A stretch of 64,000 bases of DNA from Carcharhinus amblyrhynchos (Eukaryota). This document shows, piece after piece, positions 13,407 to 25,341 of the stretch; within the stretch, counting starts at the first letter, position 1, and each line of letters begins with the position of its first letter. The notes under the pieces are model-generated. The model searched no databases and was not told where the DNA came from. It was given only the letters and a program-made list of their open reading frames with translations. The stretch lies in contig OZ336878.1 of the NCBI GenBank assembly GCA_965287045.1, forward strand, positions 83,514,001 to 83,578,000. Reading direction: 5' to 3'. Both the position numbers and the translations under genes were made by a program.

Positions 13407-13730
13407 CTTGATTTGATTTATTATTGTCACATGTATTGGGATATATTGTTTCTTGCACATTATACAGACAAAACATACTGTTCATAGCGTACATAAGGAA
13501 GGAGAAAATGCAGAATATAGTGTTATGGTTACAGACAGGAAGAAAAACATCAGCTTAATATATGGTAGGTCTATTCAAAGTCCTGATGGCAGCAGAGAAA
13601 AGGCTGTTTTTGAGTTGGTTGATGCGTGTTCTCGGACTTTTGTATCTTTTTCCTGATGGAAGAAGGTGGAAGAGTATATCCGGCGTACGTAGGCTCCTTG
13701 ATTTTGCTGGCTGTGTTTCCGAAGCAGTGA
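13407..13730 (-). mobile_element. Rex1/Babar-type LINE 3' fragment
   Basis: Similar to 43108-43440; ttgatttgatttatt tail. Confidence 0.75.
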
Positions 13731-14779
13731 AAGAAAGTAAACTCGTATTTCTGGGAAATCTTTCATTTCTTCAGGACATTCAATTCATTAATTTTAAACT
13801 GCATACATAAACCATGGCTACTTGCTTACAACCACCCCCTTAATCTTGTCATGAGGAAGCTTATGGTGGAGTATGAGCAGTGGTTGTTGGACTGAAGGCC
13901 TGTTATGTTGTGCTATGTAGTCTCGCTCTTAACACCTCTATTCCCATCATGTCAGTCACAGGTATATTCATCTCTGATCACTTTTCTAGTACCCCTTTTT
14001 ATTCACTCCCTTTCCCTTTCCAATCTCATGTCCTTCTGTGCCCTTCCAAGTGACTTTCAAGAACAAGTAATCATGTCAAATTCAACCTCATAGAATCCCT
14101 ACAGAAGGAGGACATTCAGCCCATCGAGTCTGTGCCACCCACAATCCCACCAAGGCCCTAGTCCCGTAATCCCACACATTACCCTGCTAATCCTGCCAAC
14201 ACTAGGGTCAATTTGGCATGACCAATCAACCTAACCTGCGCATTGTTGGAGTGTGATCCATCTGCCTTGCTAGACTAGTGCCTCATCTCCACTCTCCCTA
14301 TCCTCTCCAGATTCCTTGGAATGTGGTACTGCCTCTAAATTGCCCATCTTTCCCACAGCTCCATGATTGAACATCTCACTGAAGATTTCATCCCTTCCAC
14401 AGTATCGATAGGCATTAAGGTCATAAATTACATTCTGTGTGTGTGTTACTATGATTAACTAGCACTCCTCTTCCTACTTGACCTGTATACAGCCTTTGAC
14501 TCAGTAGCAGCTCACCAGTGCCTCATCAAATGCAATTAGGGATGGACAACAAATGCTGGCCATGCCAGCAATGCTTATGTCCCATGAATGAATAAATAAA
14601 AGATAAGTTGATCACGCCATTTTCTTCCGATGGCTGTGCCTCAAAATTTGATTTGACAATCACTTGTGAAACACCTTTGGATATTCTACTGAATTAACAG
14701 TGCTGTAAACGCAAGTTGTTGTTAGATCTCATAAGCAGCAGTGAGATAAATGATTGGTTAATCTATTTTTGGGTGGTAT

Positions 14780-17360
14780 TAGAAACATAGAACAGTACAG
14801 CACAGTACAGGCCCTTTGGCCCTCAATGTTGTGCCAAGCTCTGTCCAATCCCAAAACCAAGCTATCCTACTCTGTATCATTCTAGTGTGCTCCATGTGCC
14901 TATCCAATAAGTGCTTGAAAATTCCTGAAGTGTCCGACTCCACTATCACAGCAGGCAGTGTATTCCGCACCCCAACCACTCTGAGTGAAGAATCTACCTT
15001 GGACATTTCTCCTATATCTCCCACCATGAACCTTTATAGGTATGCCCCCTAGTAATAGCTACATCCACCTGAGGAAATAATCTCTGCATGTTCACTCTCT
15101 CTATCCCCCTCATCATTTTATAAACCTCTATTAAGTTGCCTCTCATCCTCCTCCGCTCTAAAGAGAAAAGCCCCAGTTTCCTTAACCTTTCCTCCTCAGA
15201 CCTACCCTCCAAACCAGGCAGCATCCTGGTAAATCTCCTGTGCACTCTCTTCAATGCTTCCACATCCTCCTTATAGTGAGGTGACCAGAACTGAACACTA
15301 TATTCCAAATGTGGTCTCATCAACATCCGGTATAGTTGCAGCATAACCCCATGGCTCTTAAACTCAAACTCCCTGTTAATAAATGCTAACACGCTATAAG
15401 CCTTCATCACGGCTCTATCGGCTTGAGTGGCAACCTTCAGAGAACTGTGGATATGAACCCCAAGATTTCTGTGTTCCTCCACATTCCTCAGAACCTCGCC
15501 TATAATCTGCATTCAAGTTTGTCCTACCAAAATGAATCACCTCGCACTTATTAGGGTTAAACTCCATCTGCCATTTTTCGGCCCAGCGCTGCATTATATC
15601 AATGTCTCTTTGCAGCCTGCAAGAGCCCTCCACCTCATCCACTACTCTACCAATCTTGGTGTCATCAGCAAATTTACTAACCCACCCTTCAGCCCCCTCT
15701 TCCAAGTCATTGATAAAAATCACAAATAACAGAGGACCCAGCACTAATCCCTGTGGTACACCGCTGGTAACTGGCCTCCAGTCTGAAAATTTTCCCTCCA
15801 CCACCACCCTTTGTCTTCTATGAGACAGACAGTTACTTATCCAATCAGTCAAATTTCCTTCTATCCCACACCTTACCTTCTTCATGAGCCTACCATGGGA
15901 AACCTTATCAAATGCCTTACTGAAATCCATGTATATGACATCAACTCCTCTACCTTCATCTACACACTTAGTTACCTCCTCAAAGAATTCAATCAAATTT
16001 GTGAGGCAGGACTTGCCTCTGACGAAACTATGCTGACTATCCCGGATTAAGCTGCATCTTTCCAAATGGGCATAAACCCTATCTGTCAGGACCCTTTCCA
16101 TTAACTTACCAACCAACAAAGTAAGACTAATTGGCCTATATTTACCAGTGTCATTCCTATTTCCTTTCCTTGAAGAGAGGAACAACATTCACCACTCTCC
16201 AGTCCTCTGGCACTAACCCAGTGGACAATGAGGACCCAAAGATCAAAGCTAAAGGCTCCACAATCTCATCCCTTGCCTCCCAAGGTATCCTAGAATGTAT
16301 CCCATCTGGCCCAGGGGACTTACCGACCCTCGGGTTTTTCAAAATTGATAATACATCTTCCCTCAGAACATCTACCTCTGCTGTCCTATCAGCCTGTATC
16401 ACGCACTCATCCTCAAAAACATGGCCTCTCTCCTTAGTAAATACTGAAGAAAAGTATTCATTCAACGCCTCACCTATCTCTCCTGACTCCGTGCACAAGT
16501 TCCCACTACTATCCTTGACTGGCCCTAACCTCACCCTGGTCATTCTTTTATTTCTCACATAAGAGTAAAAAGCCTTGGGGTTTTCCTTTATCCGACCAGC
16601 CAAGGACTTCTCATGCCCCCTCCTAGCTCTCCTTAAGGCCTTTCTTTAACTCATTCCTATCTACCTTGTAACCCTCAAGTGACCCAACTGAATTTTGTTT
16701 TTTCATCTTTACATACGCTTCCTTTTTTGTCTTAACAAGTCATTTAGCCTCCTTTGTGAACCATGATTCCCTCAATCAGCCATTTCCTCCCTGCCTGCCA
16801 GGGACATACCAAGGACACAAAGTATTTGTTCCTTGAAAAAAGCTCCGCTTTTCGTTTGTGCCCATAGCTGACAGTTTCTGTTCCCATCTTATACTCCCTA
16901 ATTCTTGCCTAATTGCATCATAATTACCCCTGCCCCAATTATAAACCTTGACCTGCAGTGTGACCCCCTATCTCTCTCCATTGCAAAAATGAAGGAAACT
17001 GAATTGTGGTCACTACCTCCAAAATGTTCTCCCACAAACAAATCTAATGCTCGGCCCGTTCATTGTCCAGTACCAAGTCCAATGTGGCCCCACCTTTTGG
17101 CAGCTTATCCACATATTGTGTCAGGAAACCCTCTTGCACACACTGTACAAAAAGTGTCCCATCCAAACTGTTCGACCTATAAAGGTTCCAATCAATATTT
17201 GGAAAGTTAAAGTCACACATGATAATTACCCTGTGACCTCCACACCTATCCATAATCTGCTTCGCCATTTCCTCCACCACATCCCTATTACTATTTGGGG
17301 GTCTATGGAAAATTCCTAACAACGTGACCAATCCTTTCCTATTTCTAACTTCAGCCCATA
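14780..17360 (-). mobile_element. CR1 LINE (~2.6 kb; end of APE endonuclease plus RT), frameshifted
   Basis: ORFs 17044..17331 (CDFNFPNIDW, ATLDLVL), 16157..16603 (KSPGPDGIH), 15415..16188 (YRPISLT, DFSKAFDKV, GVPQG, FADD), 15012..15512. Confidence 0.95.
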
Positions 17361-17610
17361 TTACTGTCCCTCTGGTTCAGGTATTAATTGAACTATGATT
17401 GTTAACCAGGCCACCAGAAGAGTTCATGTGCTTCTCTCTAAGTAATGCCATGAGATCATTGGCATTCACTGTTATTTCATCCAAAAGACTGGACACGTGT
17501 GGAGGCTTGAAATCCATCTCCCTGCTTATCCGGCCTGTTCCCTTTTCATTAAATCGGAAAGTAATGCCAACCTGGGAACTAATGTTAGCTTTTTTTTCCC
17601 TGTTTTGCAG

Positions 17611-17758
17611 TCTCCTCCTTCGAAAGTGACCATTAGTTCATCAAAGCAAGATGGTCAGAAAAGCAGTTCCAGCTTCAGTGTACAGATCAAGCCTGTACTT
17701 AAATCCCGCCAAGCGTCCAATAGCTGGTCTGATGAATCCGTTTCTGTGACGCAGTCAG
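17611..17758 (+). CDS. CEP350: CEP350 coding exon
   Basis: tgttttgcag| acceptor, TCAG|gttaga donor; encodes SPPSKVTISSSKQ...SWSDESVSVTQS; phase 0 to 1. Confidence 0.9.
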
Positions 17759-18377
17759 GTTAGAATATTTTAATGTTCACAATCAAGGTTAACAGGAGTT
17801 TCTTCAAGGTATTATTCAATATGTTTGAGTTGCACAGTAGCTCGAAATTCTGCATTTAAATGGCTGATAGTATAGCACAACACCTCTCTGGAGGTGCTTC
17901 TCCTGTGCTATAGGGAAGTGAAAATAGCATCTGGTGTGGCCGTGCTGTAAGAGAAGGATGACGTGGTGCTGTCTTAGGAGAGATGTCCCTCTAGTTTTGC
18001 TTGTTACTGCAGCTTGCCACATTGCCAGCCTGAATATAATTGGAGCTGACAGCCCAGAGTAAGTCAGCATAGACCTAGCTGTTGTTGACATTTGATTATT
18101 TCAGTTTCCTCCTGGAATTTATTGAGTGAGAGGGTAAGAATTGAGTACTGAAGCATATGCCTTGCTGGTCATGTTGCACCTGTGTCTAAAATGGAGGAAG
18201 AATGCCATAACCTTTTTGCAAAGAATCTCAAGCCACCAAAACACAAAACTGGGAATTTAAAACCAAATATCTACCTAGAGATGAGTTCACACCTCAGTGG
18301 CATGTTCGACCCTAAGATAAGCTTCTTCTCCAACCCCTCTTTCTTACATTGTCTATTTCCATCCCTGCATCAGACAT

Positions 18378-18675
18378 AATGGCACAGTGGTTACACTGCT
18401 GCCACTCAGCGCCAGAGACCCGGGTTTGATTCCTGGCTTGGGTCACCACAGCGTCTGTACATTCTCCCGTGTCTGTGTGGGTTTCCTCTGGGTGCTCCAG
18501 TTCCTCCCCCCCCACCCCTCAGTCCAAAAGATGTGTTGGTTAGATGCATTAGCCATGCTAAATTCCCCCTCAATGTACCCGAGCAGGTGCCAGAATGTGT
18601 TGATTACAGGATTTTTCTCGGTAACTTCATTGCAATATTAATGTAAATCGATTTGTGACACTAATAAATAAACTT
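18378..18675 (+). mobile_element. HE1/V-type SINE, alternative-tail subtype, inserted in an L2 fragment
   Basis: tggcacagtggttacactgctgcc head, gggtttcctctgggtgctccag core, ...ttgtgacactaataaataaact tail. Confidence 0.82.
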
Positions 18676-19194
18676 TCATCTGCAGCTGAAACCTTCATCC
18701 ACAGCACTGTCATCCGCTGATTCAACTATTCCAGTTGTATTCTGACCAGATCTCCATCTCCTTACTCCACAAACTTCAGCTCATCCAATAATCTGCTCCC
18801 TGTATTCTTGAGCAGCATTTAGTGTGAAAAGCATTAGACTGTCCCCTTGATTTACATTGTTCTTTGGTTTCACAATGCCTCCAATTTAAATTTCGAATTG
18901 TTGAAACCCTCCATGATGAATCTCTGCCTCTTGATATAACTTAATCTAGTCCAACACCATTCTCCACTCTCTCATGTTCTCTGTTGCACTGATTCCAGCC
19001 TCTTGTGTATCCCTTCCTATGGTCATACCATCATTCACAATCAATCATGTTTTGTAAAGTATAAACCCCCCATTCTGGAATTCTTCTCTAATTCCAGCCC
19101 TCTTCTCTCCCTGTCCACTCTCTATTGAACATTTCCCTTTCACAGAGCTTTATTGTCATCAGCTCCAAATTTCATCATCATTCTCAATGGGGTT

Positions 19195-19460
19195 CTAATC
19201 CTAATCAGTGTACAGCACGCTCAGTGTTACAACAGGACAGTGACTGATTAGTCAGTGTATACAGTGAGACTGTGTTTGATCAGCCAATGTGTTGAAGTGT
19301 GACTGTGTCTGGTCTGTGCTGTGTGACTGTCTGATCCTCTAGTTCATTGGTCATATTGTGAGTGTAGCTGTGTCTAATCAGTCAGTCGGACTGTGCAGAG
19401 CAACTGTGTCTTATCAGTCAGTCAAACTGCAGGGCGAATGAGTCTGACCAGTCAGTCAGT
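19195..19460. repeat. Degenerate tandem repeat (gtgactgtgtctgatcagtcagt-like)
   Basis: Recurrent gactgtgtc/atcagtcagt words; period irregular. Confidence 0.5.
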
Positions 19461-19731
19461 GAATATTATGGAATTGTACGTTTGATTGCAATCATGAAAG
19501 TGTGTGTGCTGAGTGAACTGAGTTTATAGATTGACATTTATTTCTATCAGCTAATGTTAGAGTGTAAATGCTGTTTGCTATCAGGGAACGTTAAAGTCTA
19601 TCTTTAACATATGAATCTAGGACAAAACAAAAGTTGTCCCCCTTGCCAGATTTGATTTTGTATACTGTTGATAAATGAATGTGGTTGTAATGTAACCTGA
19701 GAAAATCTTGACCTGAGTGAATTCTTTTCAG

Positions 19732-19892
19732 AAACAGCGTCAGATCAGAGTGACATTGAGAGCAGGATCCGTGCACTGAAGGATGAACTTAGGAAGCGTA
19801 AGTCCATTGTGGACAAGCTGAAGAAAGAGCAGAAGAAACGTCAAAAGGAGAGATTGAAAGCACAGGAGGCGAGTCTCATCAAACAGCTAGAG
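19732..19892 (+). CDS. CEP350: CEP350 coding exon (coiled coil)
   Basis: ttttcag| acceptor, GAG|gtgaga donor; encodes ETASDQSDIESRIRALKDELRKRKSIVDKLKKEQKKRQKERLKAQEASLIKQLE; phase 1 to 0. Confidence 0.95.
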
Positions 19893-20241
19893 GTGAGACT
19901 ATTGGGGAAGGGCCTTAATCCTACACTACCCACCCAATTTTCAGATAAGGTATTAGAACATCAGTCACTACAGAAACTGCAATTTATTGTGTTCCACATA
20001 TTTTAAGAAAGGCGGCATGTAAATGACTTTTCTTTCTGTTTTACCATTAACCCAAGTTTTTATATAATGCCCAATATTCATTCAAAATCTTTTCCCAAAT
20101 CCTTCTCTATTGCCACATCTCTTGCTGCTTTCAAGAGCTTCTTAAAAACCTACATATTTCACTGGTATCTTAAGTGGCATCTTCTGTCTTTATGCCCAGC
20201 TCATTTTTCAGGCAGCTTGGGGCTTTTTCGTTTGTTATGCT

Positions 20242-20416
20242 ACATAAGAACATAAGAAATAGGAGCAGGAGTAGGCCATCTAGCCCTTCGAGCCTGCTCC
20301 GCCATTCAGTAAGATCATGGCTGATCTGTCGTGGCTCAGTTCCACATTCCCGCCCTCTCCCCATAACCCTTAATCCCCTCGCTTATCAAAAACCCATCAA
20401 CCCACGTCTTAAAAAT
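20242..20416 (-). mobile_element. Very short 3' end of the young CR1 family
   Basis: Near-identical to 20565-20735 and 36410-36585. Confidence 0.88.
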
Positions 20417-20564
20417 CAGGTTGTTATGTTGGAACTGTGTGTAAATTCTTGTGAAGTTGTGAGGGGGGGAATCCTCAACTAACAATGTTCTTATGACATT
20501 TAATCGACTGGGTTTATTGTTCTCCTTTTCAGTTGATCTTTTTTACTTGGTTGACCCGATGGCA

Positions 20565-21860
20565 GATAAGAACATAAGAAATAGGAGCAGGAGTAGGCCA
20601 TCTAGCCCTTCGAGCCTGCCCGCCATTCAATAAGATCATGGCTGATCTGTCGTGGCTCAGTTCCATTTTCCCACCCTCTCCCCATAACCCTTAATCCCCT
20701 TGCCTATCAAAAACCTATCAACTCGCGTCTTAAATATATTTAGCGAGGCAGCCTCCACCACTTCAACGGGCAGAGAATTCCAGAGATTCACCACCCTTTG
20801 AGTGAAGAAGTTCCTCCTCAACTCCGTTCTAAACCACCCCCCCCTTTATCTTGAGGCTGTGCCCTCTAGTCCTACTGTCCTTTCTGAGCGGGAAGAGCCT
20901 CTCCACCTCTATCCTATCCATCCCATTCATCATCTTATATGTCTCAATGAGATCTCCCCTCATTCTTCTAAACTCTAACAAGAACAAGCCTAGTTTATTC
21001 GGCCTCTCCTCATAGTTCAACCCCCTCAACTCCGGTATCAGCCTAGTAAACGTCCTCTGCACTCCCTCCAAGGCCAAAATATCCTTGCGTAAGTGCAGCG
21101 ACCAAAACTGCACACAGTACTCCAGCTGCGGCCTCACCAGTGCCCTGTACAGTTGCAGCAAGACCTCCCTACTTTTATATTCAATCCTCCTCGCTATGAA
21201 GGCCAGCATCCCATTCGCCTTCCTGACCACCTGCTGCACCTGCAGGCTGGGTTTTTGCGACTCATGCACAAGGACCCCGAGGTCCCTCTGCACCGTCGCA
21301 TGCTGCAGTTTTTCGCCATGTAAGTAATAGTCCTTCCTACCATTATTCCTACCAAAGTGGACAACTTCACACTTGCCAACATTAAATTCCATTTGCCAGT
21401 TCCTGGCCCATTTGCCCAGCTTATCTAGATCCTTCTGTAGACTTTCCACACAATTTGCCGTTCCACCAATCTTGGTGTCACCAGCAAATTTCGACACCAT
21501 TCACTCGGTTCCCTCCTCCAGATCATCTATATAAATGGTAAATAGCTGAGGCCCCAGCACCGACCCCTGGGGCACTCCACTAGTCACCAACCGCCAATCC
21601 GAATAGCACCCATTGACCCCCACTCTCTGCCTCCTATTTGACAGCCAATCCCCTATCCACGCTAACACCCTACCCCCAACTCCATGCCCCCTAACCTTCT
21701 GTAATAACCTCTTGTGCGGCACCTTATCAAACGCCTTCTGAAAATCCAGAACCACCACATCTACCGGCTCTCCTCTATCCACCGCCCTAGACACATCCTC
21801 TCAGAACTCCAAAAAATTTGTCAGACACGACTTCCCCTTAACGAAACCGTGCTGCGTCTG
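20565..21860 (-). mobile_element. Young CR1 LINE, 5'-truncated, with small deletions and frameshift
   Basis: ORFs 20829..21500 and 21501..21794 ([25 protein letters not shown]); ends ~140 bp upstream of a CEP350 exon. Confidence 0.95.
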
Positions 21861-21998
21861 CTGTCCGTTAAAATTGGTTCATTGGTTCAGAGATGGCTCT
21901 GCAATTTGTCTATTGCAGTTAACAAATATACGATAGCCTGTTGTTCTTTTAAATCCAAGTGTTTGATCTCACTCTCTCGCTGTTTCTTTTACCACCAG

Positions 21999-22138
21999 TC
22001 CTACGATGAATTTATTAAGAAGACCCAGGCTGAGCTCAGTAAAGACCTAGATGTGGCCAGCTCAGCGAAACCGCAGATCAAAACCCTGCACTCAGCTGCT
22101 GCCGAGAAGCCCAAGATTAAACCACCATCTCTGCAGAG
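21999..22138 (+). CDS. CEP350: CEP350 coding exon
   Basis: accaccag| acceptor, AG|gtactg donor; encodes SYDEFIKKTQAELSKDLD...KPQIKTL...EKPKIKPP; phase 0 to 2. Confidence 0.93.
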
Positions 22139-24376
22139 GTACTGTCAGTGTTGGGTGTTAATTGTATAAACCTCTGAAGGAACATCTGTTCATATTGCTG
22201 TTTTTTCTGGCAAATGTAATAGTAATCGTAGGCCTAATCCTAATGGGGCTCTTGTTTTAATTGGTAGCTGAAGTGTTCTTAGTTATTTAGCAGCATTAGT
22301 TGAGGGCAGTAGTACACTTGCACAAACTTTACAGCACAGAACTGAGCATTTGACCAACAGGCCAATGCAGGTATTTATGGTCCACATAGACCTCATTTCA
22401 TCTCACCATTGGGTTATGGGGATGAGATTGACTCAAAGAACCATAAGCTGTAGGAATAGAAGTAGGCCATTTGGCTCAATCAAGGCTGAGGTAGATATTT
22501 TTAATCAGTAAGGGGTAAGGTGGGAAAGTGGAGTTGAGGATTGTCAGATCAGCCATGATCTCATTGAATGGTGTGAATGACCTACCTCTGTTCCCATGAC
22601 TTGTGGCTTTATCAATGCATCCTTCTGTTCCTTTCTTTCTCAGGTATGTATCCAGCTTCACCTTAAATGTATCTGTACCATTCAATTTAAGTATTCCTGT
22701 AGCGTCGAGCTTTATATTGTCAGCTTGTACAGAGTGAAGAATTTTCTCCAGAATTCCCTATTGGAATAATTAATGTCTACCTTGCATTTATGGCTTCTTG
22801 TTCCGGTCTCCCTTACAAGTGGAAACACCTCTAACTTTACGTGATTCAAAAACCTTCATGTTATAAAGCTTTGTGTCAGGACATCCCTGCACCTTCTCTT
22901 TTTTAGTGAAAGGACCCCACTTTGTTTGCCTTCTATGATAGTTATTGCAAAAGGATGCTGTATCTATTTATTGTGAGACTGATCTGTTCATTCTGTATGT
23001 GAGAAAAGTGGGCCGTTATTTTGTAGTTTAACAAAGTAAATCATTGCTGGAGAATATTATATGTTCAGAAATTATTTGAGCCAGTCAGTTGGATGAGGTT
23101 TTAGATGTGCCTGCCTGGGAGTGCAGAACATCCACAAAACCATGAGTATTGTGGGGATTGTAAACTGCCATTTGTTTACTTCTAGCCCCGACAATGTAAT
23201 TTTGTGCACATTTGAAGTGAACAATGATTCTTTTCTCCATTCGTATTTAATGCCCTTTATATTTGAAATTTGAATTTTTTCTGCCTCCCTCTTCCCTATC
23301 GCCATTCAACAGTATTGTCTGAAGACCTAGTTGTTCCAGCCATGAAAGCCATACATAGTGAATGCTACTCTGTGGCTACGTTCAGTGCCAAATGCCCTCC
23401 ATGTTGCCACTTTCTGGTCTCTCCTTGATGGAGCCAAGTAAATTTACACCTTGATGAGGAGAGGAGTAAGCAGGCATTTGTCTTTGTGTTCGCCCCATTG
23501 CTTCCACACTCTGCACCAGGCCCAATATCAGCTTCAATTAGTTTACTCTAAGTACTGCAGAACGTTCTTCTCTTTTGAATGTTAATAGCGGATTGCTATT
23601 TAATTGAAACTTTGTAAGCAACTGTTTTAGGACTGGACCTTCCAACTGCTTGGCCTTTTAATTTAATGCCTTATATAAAAAAACTAGTGCAAGAAGGGAA
23701 ATGTGTGGAGAAAATTAAATTGTGCTCTTTTCTAACTAAAGCATGATAGGTTTCCGTAGTATGTTATATCTGACATCGATGAACCATCAGATCAAGATGG
23801 TAACTGTCTTGCTGGTGACTAATTTTTTTTCAGTTCTATGATGTTTTGGAATGAAAATTGTTTTGCATTCTAGAATACCTTTTTCATAGTTGATTGCTTT
23901 TCTTTCTTGTCTTTTGTCTTTTTATTTCTAAAACAACTGTAGACAGCAGTGCAGAAGTTCTTGGAATTAAAAATGTGACCATTACCTTGAGAGATCTGCT
24001 TTGCTCCACAAAGAGCTGATGTTGATGTGATTGGCCAAATGATTCTACACGTGCCTTAAGTGATTCTACCAGCAGAGCTGGTTAAAGGATAAAAAGCCAA
24101 TCACAAAAGCTTGCTAGAAAATAGTGGCACAACATTTCAGAATTCTGACTGGGCGATCAGTATTTGGTTATGAGTTGTATCTAATGCAGACCTTCCTGTG
24201 AAAGTTAGGCAAGACGAGGAAATGTTGCTCAGTCTGGAGACTACCTTTTTGTACTCCACTGTTCAGGAAGAGGGGGGTGACTGGATTTATCCATCCCAGA
24301 ATAGCTAAGTAGATTATGCTTCTCGGATTTTTACACTGCAAAGCTCCACATTTAGAATTTGTTTTCTGTTTTTCAG

Positions 24377-24456
24377 GTCTGACTCTGCGAAGAGTTGGAA
24401 ATCTCTCACTGAGGGGGAAATATCTAGACCATCACTGGGCTCCATTGCTAAACAGG
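24377..24456 (+). CDS. CEP350: CEP350 small coding exon (not in the ORF track)
   Basis: tttttcag| acceptor, CAGG|gtatgt donor; encodes (R)SDSAKSWKSLTEGEISRPSLGSIAKQ, similar to the WKSLTE segment of CEP350; phase 2 to 1 fits both neighbours. Confidence 0.9.
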
Positions 24457-24599
24457 GTATGTACTTGTCACCACAAATACAAGTGATAGATTTGGACTCC
24501 AAGGGTTGTGTTTTTAAAATAGCCACAGTAATGTTAAATTAGTGTAAGATTGCGAAGTTTTAAGAAATATTTATTTTCATTTTAATAGATTAACTTGAT

Positions 24600-25190
24600 A
24601 TATTCAGCAACAAGCAGTCAATCTCCAGTGCAGTACTGAGGAAGTGCTTCACTGTTGGAGGTGCTATCTTTTGTTATGAAATTAGACAGCGATTTCCAAA
24701 CCCACGGCCACTACAGTTTGAAAGGACAAGATCAGCAGATATCCAGGAGCAACACCATCTGGAGGTTCCCCTCCAAGCCATGCACTATCCTGGCTTGGAA
24801 CTACATCACCGTTCCTTCCCTATCACTTGGTCAAATCCTGGAATACACCCTCTAATAGCATTGTTGGTGTACACACGCCACACGGACTGTAGCATTTCAA
24901 GAAGGTCGCTCACCAGCATCTTCTTAATGGCAACTCGTGGTGGGCAGTAAATGCTGGCGTAGCCAATGATGCCCATACCCTGTAACAAAAAACTGAGGCC
25001 CCATCTGCCCACTGGGTACTTGTAACATGGAAGGCACAGATAGATCTCTTTGGTGTCCTGGTCAGTACCTAGCCCTCAACCAGCAACTCGTGCAGATTAT
25101 CTCATTGTTGATCTCACTCGTGGTGGAATTGTGCTGTGCACGAATTGACTACCACGATTCCAGTGTTTCAAACTTGACTGCGTTTAAAGA
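24600..25190 (+). mobile_element. Deu-domain (SacSINE1/AmnSINE1-like) SINE interrupted by a LINE 3' fragment (~24705-24985)
   Basis: cagtgcagtactgaggaagtgc...gtgtcctggtcagt...ccctcaacca...gtggaattgtgctgtgca; related copies at ~38295-38500 (+), ~48560-48850 (-), ~62770-63090 (+). Confidence 0.6.
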
Positions 25191-25341
25191 AGTATTTGAT
25201 CTGTTGTGCAATGATTTTTGTTTTTGGAGTAGTCGGGGCAGGAGGGAAGGATCCAGAGATAGTGAAAGGCATGTGTATATGTTCACTACCTTTCTTTATG
25301 AAAAGTGATTAAGTAACATTAATTACTTGTATCTGATACAG

